Shown in pieces: positions 35,201 to 64,000 of a DNA stretch of 64,000 nt. Every line of letters begins with the position of its first letter. The first letter of the stretch is position 1. The DNA lies in contig NW_018408679.1 of the NCBI RefSeq assembly GCF_002113885.1, positions 420,324 to 484,323 of the forward strand. Reading direction: 5' to 3'. The DNA comes from Mizuhopecten yessoensis. Taxonomy: Eukaryota. Under the pieces are notes generated by a model. It did no database searches, was not told the DNA's origin, and was given only the letters and a program-made list of their open reading frames with translations. A program made the translations under genes and the position numbers.

Positions 35201-36617
35201 TAGAAATTAAAACATAGGTTAACTTTGCTTAAGTTGCAGAATAATCATACTGTGTATTAAAGTATCCTGTTGTTATTGTAAACATTTGTAGATGGCAGAC
35301 CAACACCACTAAGTAGAGGACAGCTTCGGAGACGAGAGGAAAACAAAGAAATGGCAGTGCGTATACAACACCATATACAACACCTAAAACTACAAGTTTA
35401 CAACAAAACTGTTTACAAATGAGTGTTACGTTTGCACAACCCAACAAATATATATATAAACTTTATTTATTTTACAACAATTATGAAACAAGTTATTTCA
35501 ACTTCTATTATTCACTCTTGTTGGCCCGGATGTTAACGCGGGGGGGTCTTAGCGTGGGAGGAAATCGAAGTACCTTGAGAAACCCCACGTGGTCGGGCAG
35601 GTGACCCTAAACCTTTTCACGTCCGATTGGGGAATCGAACCCCGGACGCCTTGATGAAAGGCAAGTGCACCACCAGACCACCCAACGGATATCAAGTGTT
35701 TAGTTTAAGATGTCCCTCACTTAGAGATATTTTTTCTTTGCATACATAGTGTGTTTCCCAACAAACTAGAACTGTTTAGATGTGTACAAGATTATAACCC
35801 AATGCATATATGTCCCAAATACCATAAAGGTTGCTATCTGCAAATGCATTCTCCCTATTTCAATTTATTGGTTGAAGAAGGTATTCTCAGAATATCAATG
35901 CAATAACTAAGGAACTTTACAACATGCAAGATAAACACATCAAGGGGCATAACTCTATATCAGAAATAGATTTAGAACAACATGGCTGTTGGACAGGCAC
36001 AGGTTTATGCAATAGGTAAGATGTTTGCAAAGTTCATTGCATTCAGTCTTACACTTCAGGAGTAGAGGACCTGACAAGGCTTTATAAGGCTAGGTAAATC
36101 AAGGGTCACAATACTCTCTCACTGGAACCAGTTGTGTGATGAGGAAGATGTGCGGAATGATCCGTTAAACTTGATGAAGTACACTTTAGAAGGAAAAGTC
36201 GGACACAATTGTCAATATGAGGACAAACAATTACATTAAGGATCATTAAAAAAATTACGAACTCCAAGTCTGATAAAAGTGAGTTATAACCAACCATCAC
36301 TCGTTGGGGAACCTCTATTTCTATTTAACTTGTTATAAAATAAAGTTAATATTATTTGCAATCGAAATTTGGTGTTTCTGATCAGATCAGATACATAAAT
36401 ACATGTCGGTAGGCAAGAGCTTTATTTTGTGCTTGTATTTTGACAGAAACATGTTATGAAAATGATGACGGAACTGGACTTGGTCAAAAAGCCAGATCAG
36501 AAAGAACAAAACACAGCAGATAGACAGAAGAAAAGAGACAAGTCCAAGAACTTCAAAAATTTCAAATCTAAAGGACGACAATCTTACTATTCCAATAGAG
36601 AGAAAAGAAGCATCTGA
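32242..36617 (+). CDS. MRPL52: Mitochondrial ribosomal protein L52 (mL52)
   Basis: Exons 32242-32254, 34270-34402, 34854-34921, 35292-35356 and 36447-36617; GT-AG with phases 1,2,1,0. The spliced protein contains [44 protein letters not shown], the mL52 signature. It is largely missed by the ORF track. Confidence 0.92.
33290..33942 (+). mobile_element. Helentron/HINE-like element with ~155-bp satellite units
   Basis: Repeated CCCAATAGGGGAAATAGAGGTAAAA...CTTCTACCATAGGGATT; ends in GGCCCTCTGGGCCTCTT. Reverse-complement related to 55330-55920. Confidence 0.65.
35455..35690 (-). mobile_element. tRNA-derived V-type SINE
   Basis: Minus strand: GGTCTGGTGG...GGGTTCGATTCCCC...GGGGTTTCTCAAGGTACTTCGATTTCCTCCCAC...GGGCCAACAAGAGTG, followed by an AT-rich tail. 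Confidence 0.8.
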
Positions 36618-38862
36618 GTAGAATTTATCAATTAACATCTGTATGAACTTCATGAACAGTGTTCTTTTATCTACAATAAGTTGACTTAATCGTAGATTAT
36701 GGATGGCCCTGCAGTGTTTGTGCTGAACATCTCTTGTTGTGATGTTATCCTGGGTAACTATTATTCATGGTCCAGTTGTTGTCCAGATACACGAGTATAG
36801 TTCACTGGTGTGCACATATTCACAATTAAAATTCAAATACTTCTTTTTGTTTGTGTTATTTTGTGTAGAAAGATTGACATAAAATAGAACGTTACATTCC
36901 AAGGGGCAAAGACATAGACGTTTAAAATATTATTGCCCAGATCACACCCTCTTCTATACAACATGTATCAATATTACATATTCAAAAACAACAAAAAGAC
37001 CGAAAAATTCATTGATAATCAAATTTAATGATGATCATATAATTTGCATCTTAATTCTTATTTGGACCAAGTTTTAGGACACATTTTAAGACAAAATTGC
37101 AAGCCAATCTAGGATATTGTCATGAAAGTAGGAATTGCCTGCTCATCACCAATAGACTGGGACACTAACAGCATGATGTAATATACATCTCAATAACAAA
37201 ATGTTTGCTTCTACATCTGTAACAAATTCTATCACAGTTTTACTTCATACACAAACAATGTACATATTAATGTATTAAAGGGACCACTCGGTCTTGAAAT
37301 GTCGCGACACGTTTAATAGGTACATTGACATTGTTTGAGCTTAACGTAAAACTTCCATGTTATATATTTCCAAACTGATGAATCTTATTGAAGATCTGTA
37401 ACATTTGTCTCGCATATTTTTGAGGCGAGATGAAAAGCTTCAAAATGATGCTGATCGAATTCCATTCATAGCCCTATGAACGTAATTCCTTCTGGTAATG
37501 CTTACTGAGGAACTTGCAGTGGAAATGTAAACATATATAGATTACCATCCCATCCCTATACTATAAGCTAAAATTTACTAATACCTGTAATATCAAACAT
37601 AAGGCATCGTGCTGAACAGCTTTACAACATCAGAGTGAAGCGATATCGAATGTGCAGATGCATGTAACACTAAACTTTGCTGTTATAAATGTTCACATAA
37701 CAAGTCATTCAACAAACTTTACTGATTAGCAGGAATTACCTGAATTCTGTAGGACTGTGCTCTAATTTTTAGAGTGATTCCTGGGAGACAATTTTTTTCT
37801 CTTATCAAATTAAAAAGATCTGATCTAAAAATATATATCCCTGTCCCACCCATCATTTTCTAATATTTCAAATATTAAATTGCATCCCACTAAACGAATC
37901 TGGAAAAATCCTAAATTAACAAACAGGTCTTCCAACAGTAAAACAATTATATAAAGATTAACAAAAGCAATGTATCTCAAAGCCAACATCTGCTCTACCT
38001 AGCATGTATTGCACAGATTTATGTTCACACATGCATTTCTTGCTGATTTAGTACACATGAACTTAGCAACAATTTCTACCTTTACTATCAACAGAACAAA
38101 AACTGATTTCTCATCTAACACCCCATTCCCCTGTTATTGGGACCAACATCCTTTGGGCAACATACACAAGGAAAGATGATTAATTCCTCTTTTAATAAGA
38201 TCATAAATAAAATGTTCTTTTTGACACTAGCAATAGTCCCGAAGTGTTCATTCTGCACAGGAAAACGGGTGAACTGACCTGTTACTGAGGTGAGAAATGC
38301 TGAGCATCATCATCATCATCATCGTCACAATCCATCTAAACGTGGCATCCAGTATTACTAAGATAGTTAACTGTTACTGATGAGATTCTCAAACTAAATT
38401 ACTGATGAGATTCTCAAACTAAACTATACATCAACAGCAGACCAGGAATCTTATATAATCAGCAAAGTTGATATATGTAAAAAGCTATGTTGAGCAATAT
38501 CAAATATCACAAAAATCCTCAAAGGGCATTTCATGCCCAACTAAAAGAGAATAAAAGTTTAAGTTATTACGTATTGTGAGGTATGAATTCAAATTTTACA
38601 AATATCAAAAATCTCTCGAAACCAAATATGACTGCATGTTAATAAAGTTATTCCTTGCAGAAGTAATCTGTAACAAGTTTTTAGCACTTAGAATGTTATA
38701 CCGTCGGAAGTACCCTCGATTATGTGTTTATTGTACATATTGGGCGTAGAAATGTTGCTCATCACCTCTATATATCCAACTGTACATCCAGTAATGTACA
38801 GTGTCATTCAAATTGGTCTTGTAAAGGTCAAAAGGTCAATAAATAAACATGTGCCAACTCCT

Positions 38863-58530
<19,668 letters not shown>

Positions 58531-58643
58531 CTTCAACTGTTTTTTCCTTGATGGTTGTTGATAACCTGGAAATCAGCAAACAGGGTTTATTTGGCTGTAT
58601 AGTATACGCAGCTTTAAAAATAATTAAAGTATATTACACTTAA

Positions 58644-59393
58644 GGTATTTCATACATGCCTTTGTCAGTGTATATAGTATGAGATGGGCTCATAACTTTT
58701 CCTCAAAATGAAAAAAATATGGAAGTTGGTTGGTATACCCATGTCAAGTACAATGTCAATAATGCCCTTTGCAGAAATTAATTGTCGTAATTCATGAAAA
58801 CACTTACCTGTACATGCATTTCTGAAGTATCCGTGTATTGAATATTATCGAGAAAAATGTAAGAAAATACTTCAAATCTCAAGAATGATGGCATGTATTT
58901 TCATTGGATATTTTACAATAATTCATGAAGCTAACAAGGCTATTGATACTAGTCAAGCCAGATTATCTGAGTGAGAACCTGAAGGTGTTTTGAATGGTGT
59001 ACAGGTAAAATCGCACTTGCTTTGCATGCTTTCCCCAGACTTCAGGCAGCTTAAGCTTGTTGGCTTTATGCTCAGTTGTGATTTATTCAGTGGCAATATA
59101 TGCTATTATTCTGGAGATTTGACATATTTTCTTACATTTTTCTCGATAATAGTCAATAAATGGATACTTCAGGAATGCATGTTCAGGTAAGTTTTTTCAT
59201 TAATTCCATTATTCCTTGCAATTTTGCACCACTAGAATTCTGCATTCAAATGTAACTTTTCAGACAAAGTCAACAATATTTTCAACAAATAATTTCTGCA
59301 AAGGTCATTATTGACATTTTTCCTGACATGGGTATACCAACCAACTTCCACATTTTTATCATTCAAGTTATGAGCCAATCTCATACTAATACC
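58644..59393. mobile_element. Kolobok-like MITE
   Basis: TTAA-GGTATT ... AATACC-TTAA, with long subterminal inverted repeats (TAGTATGAGATGGGCTCATAACT and TGGAAGTTGGTTGGTATACCCATGTCA). Confidence 0.75.
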
Positions 59394-60591
59394 TTAAAGC
59401 TTCAGTATCAATAATGTACTGATCATATAAATTGACAGCTCTATAAACATTTAAATCCTCCATGAGAAATGTGAAAAGCGCAACTGTACCTATGACTTTT
59501 ATACTTGTAATCAACCTATCCTAACCACTATTTGAAATGATGCAAGCTATTGAAATAAATATGAACCTATTTTTATACACACGTGACACCGTTACAGATG
59601 TCACAAAAGCAATCATCTTGATCCGGTATGATGCAACTCGCTAGAACATGGCTGCTTGTCATTTCAACCGTTATCCAAATGAAATATGAGAAAATGTGAA
59701 CATGTCACAATGCACAGAGAGTTTTCATAATGTTTACAAAGCTTATATAAAACACGACTACTCACAAATAAGTTTTGGTCCGAGTTACCGGCACAGCCTG
59801 TCCAACGTGCTCCTTTTTTGTGTTAGGGCAAATTTGACACCTGCAATTTTATTCCCCTACTTTTTGTTGATAACGAAATTAGTTTAAAGAATATGAATAA
59901 ATGTTGCCGATTATGATAGATTGACATTTTATCAATTATCATTTATTTTGTATATTTCTAGTAGGTTGAATAATCAAACAAAATAAAAACAAAACAAACA
60001 TATGTTACAGTATCTGTATATAGGGTCAATTTTACTGGACACACCGTGTATTTTCATTATTAGACAATCACAATGTTATCATACAATGCTGCTTTTACTT
60101 ACTTCTTGGGAAAAAAACGAAATATTTAAAATGGTTAATACATCTGCTTCTAATGTTAAAAAGTATTTTTTTATTGACTTTGTGAAAAAAATATCTTGTT
60201 TTTATACTGCTTGCGACTTCTCTCCCTTGCCAAGCACTGGGAGTTTATTTTGGATCTTATGAATGTTTGATTTGGAAGTAATTTTGGGTTTGAAGGAAAG
60301 CAAATTCCATCACAACGATTACGCAAATCTGTTGTCAAAAGCTGTCATAATATCACCGTAAAAACAATTTGTAGAGGTGACTGGTCAACTAGTGATTGAC
60401 TACATCCTTTTCAACACCAACCAGCAAGTGCCAAGTATGTACAGGTCTTCTTTTAATTATTTTTATTCGCTTAAATTATTCAATGAGAAATTTTACAGCT
60501 TGACATTGCTCGCTGCTTAGGACAGTAGGACGTGTTCATGTGTTACTTAGCATATAATCATGTCATGTATGTCATTAACTGATTAACGGTG

Positions 60592-61515
60592 AAAGGTCGT
60601 TTCGGTAACAAGACTAAAGTCGTTTCGGGACTTTTTCGGGTCGTTTCGGGACATGTCAAAAGTCGTTTCGGGATTTATCATTTTCTTTTCCTCTGTACTC
60701 AGGTACTAACATTGCCATTTTTCTTTAAACATATTTTAATGTCAAATACATTTTAACAATGGATTTGTTCAAAGTTATTTCAACTTATCATAGGCATAGG
60801 CCTTCTCTCGTCATAAATTTACCATTACATGACTTTGATAAAACATGAAGTAAATATACATATAATATTCACACAGACACAAATATACAACATAAAAACG
60901 TCGTTCAAAATATATTGCTGAATTTGATGAATTGATTCACATGTCTAAAGCATATTTAACGTGTTTCACGTTTTTACTTTCATGAAATTTTATTTCAATA
61001 TAGCAAAATAAAATGCTTAAAACATTGTTAGAAACAATGTTAACTCCTTGGTCTCTTAATGTCAATAATGGGGAATAGAGTGAATTGAAAACATAATAGT
61101 ACAAAATTGCAATATCAAACAAGGAACCTATTATTAACGAAAGAAAGAATGAATGTTAAATTTTATAATTTCCTCAAGATCTGTATTTAATAATGAGATT
61201 AGTTTCACCAGGTACCAACACACTGTCAATCAGATAAATGTTGGTAGGTATCCCCTGAAGCACTCACAATCTGTTTACACTAATGATCTCAAGCACAGGT
61301 AAGTTGTGACACAGGTCATAGACTCAAAACATTCTTGTGTCTTTACAGGACTATATATGAAACAGGAGCGAAATGTAATTTATAAGTGAAAATTTTATAT
61401 GTCCTGAAAATGACTTGATTAAGTCCTGAAACATCTTGTGCCATGTCCCAAAACATCTTATGGACTCCGAAACGACTTGTTACCGAAACGACTTGTTACC
61501 GAAGAGACTAGCATT
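60592..61515. mobile_element. Non-autonomous DNA transposon with GTCGTTTCGG subrepeat TIRs
   Basis: Left end has GTCGTTTCGG four times; right end has inverted CCGAAACGAC repeats. Confidence 0.7.
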
Positions 61516-61619
61516 CTAATAAACAGGTTGGGCACAACGGCTCATATGGGTAATAATCCTGCATTTGGGTAACAGTTTCCCATTTGAGTAACAATTTTAT
61601 TACTGAAATGGGGAATAAA

Positions 61620-64000
61620 GTGAAATGAAAACTCACAAAGTAAACAGCTGCGATTCTATTTCCATGTTAAAAACTCGGGACTTATCGACCCATGACGGTG
61701 TACCTCCAGCAACTGAGAAACAGCAGTGTGAAGAACAAAATAAAAAGCATCGATTTGAAAACAGAAACAACGCAATAGATAACTCAGTTCAGGATTCGAT
61801 ACATGTTCATACCGAAAACTGGCGTCGGGTCTTTCTGATTACAGACACGAAGACATTAACGAGTACCCTTCTTACAACGACAGTGCGGCAGACGACTGGG
61901 AGGATAATAATTCAGACTACTACAACCAATATAATTTGAATAGAGATTCCAGCCATTATTGGTCCACCGATCATTAAAAATCCAAAGAAGTAAAACCGCT
62001 TATACCAACAATGTGTAACATTACATTTTACTTCATGTTTTCTGCCCACCATGAACCTGAAGCTTTTGACTTGGAATGCTAGGGGAATTTCCACATCAGC
62101 AGCATGTATTGGACATCTAGATCTGTTGTCCATGCCAGAATATCAAAGTGACATTGTCATTCTCACAAAGTTGTGGCTTTGATAAAGAAAGACCTATTCT
62201 ATAGTGTTTCTATCCTCAATAATGTCAGCATTGATAGACTAATAGCAATAAAGATACATACTAATAATACTGAAATGATCACCATATTAGACGTTTATAT
62301 GCCAAGTGACAGTAATTTACAGGATTACGATCTATTGCTTCAACAACTGTGTGATGCATATGTTTATTATTCGCTGTCATGAAAAGTGATTCTTTGTGGC
62401 GACTTTAACGCAAAGATAAATGAAAACCCTCAATACCCTGTGTCAAAACACAATTCTACAGCACTTATGAAGGTAATCTCGGACCTTAATTTAGTTCCAT
62501 TAAACTGTCTTAGTAGCTGTCGAGGCTACAGATACACGTTTATTCCCTGTCAGACAATGCTGGACTATATATTCACTGACAAAACTTTTGTCTACAACTC
62601 TGCTAACTATTGTGAAATATTCACTACCTCAGAAACGGACATATCGTCAGATCATCTCCCGATCATTTGCACATTTATTGTGCCGATAAAGTGAGATCAT
62701 TCAAGTAGAACACCACTATCGGACGACTTCCGAGCCTGGAACAAAGCCTCTGTCAACGACCTGATTAATTATCAATTAGTGCTTACGGACAGACTGAAAG
62801 GGCTACTAGATATGCCATTACAAACGCAATGTGATATAGATACTTACGCTGAAATTATGACTCTCTCGGCAATTACAGCGGCTAATAATACAATTCCATT
62901 GAGAAATCATAATCCCCACCATAAACCTTACTGGTCTCTCGAGGCAAAGTCTGCACACAAAAATTCTTTACAAAAACGCGTTTTGTGGATCAGTGAAGGA
63001 AGTCATTGCGGTCTACAGTATCAGAGTTATAAATCTTAGAAAAGAAAATATTCAGAGAAGTTCATGAACATGCATATAACACGTATTTACTAGAATGTCA
63101 ACAAGAATTAGAACTAACAGCGGAAGTTGACATTCGTCTATTCTGGAAGGTTATTAGTTGACGAAAATCCGTAAAAGCTGATCCATTCCCCGAATTAGTT
63201 TATAACGGAAACTCCCTACAGAACCCCAACGATATCTGTGAAGCTTTCGCAAACTACTTTGAACAGATTTACACTCAACCTGATGCTGACGAATCATCTC
63301 TAACACATGATAACACAGTCTTGGAAAACTTCGATATTCATAATTACAAGTTTACACTCGATGAAGTGATAAATGCCATCAAGGACCTGAAACTAAACAA
63401 AGCTCCTGGAGTTGACAATATCTGTAGCGAACATTTGCGTTATGGGGACGTCAGCTGTTTCTTTGTATTATGAAACTTTTTAACGCAATGTTAGACAAAG
63501 GATATATACCAAAGACGTGGAAATGTGGCATTGTCATTGCAATTTATAAAGGAGGGCACAAGCCCAAAAATAATCCAGATAATTACCGCCCGATTACATT
63601 ACTTCCGGCAATCTACAAACTGTTAGAAAAACTCATAAGCAATAGAATCCAGAGCTGGTTGTCGTGTATCGCGAACCCACTTTGTAAACAACAGCAAGGA
63701 TTCCAAAGAAACCTCAGCTGCTCCACAGTTGCGTTTAACTTGCGAGAGGCCATTTACTATAACTTGGAAAACAACAGTAAAGTATTCGTGGCATTCTTAG
63801 ACACGCGAAAGGCATTTGACACTGTGTGGCATCACAGCCTTATGCAAAAGCTATTCAAGTTGGGTGTGCGAGGGAAAATCCTAACTTTAATTAATAATTC
63901 ATATATTGATATATATATATAGCACAGTTATGACACACGGTACAAGATCAAGATGGCTGCCGGTCAAATCTCGAATTAGACAAGGAGGAGTGATCTCCAG
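61620..64000 (+). mobile_element. Decayed LINE (APE endonuclease plus RT, CR1/L2-group-like), runs off the right edge
   Basis: ORF2 starts at 62051 (MNLKLLTWNARGIS); VYMPS, ILCGDFNA, LDYIF, SSDHLPI, KAPGVD, NYRPITLL, QQGFQ, FLDTRKAFDTVWH, IRQGGVIS. Multiple stops and frameshifts. Confidence 0.92.

Overview
AT-rich, intron-rich animal genomic DNA. The repeat complement (Helentron/HINE-like elements with internal satellites, V-type tRNA SINEs) suggests a bivalve mollusc; this is inference. Four host genes were reconstructed exon by exon with consistent GT-AG phases: OXA1L (- strand, first 5 exons, continues off the left edge), FBXL8 (- strand, single coding exon), MRPL52 (+ strand, 5 exons, head-to-head with FBXL8) and cytoplasmic alanyl-tRNA synthetase AARS1 (- strand, 22 coding exons, 965 aa). 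The rest is transposon debris: a dead intron-containing piggyBac transposase, two decayed LINEs, SINEs, many MITEs and several 40-53 bp minisatellites. Three observations stand out. (1) Two families of miniature LTR elements (TRIMs) carry tRNA-like Pol III promoters in their LTRs; one is complete with PBS, PPT and a 4-bp TSD, the other is a three-LTR tandem. (2) Several minisatellites are amplified copies of functional gene landmarks: an AARS1 splice donor (about 25 copies), an AARS1 splice acceptor plus exon start (about 9 copies), the FBXL8 stop-codon region, and a piece of transposase coding sequence. (3) The four genes' human orthologues pair up in two paralogous human regions. The 940-aa ORF is a satellite artefact.
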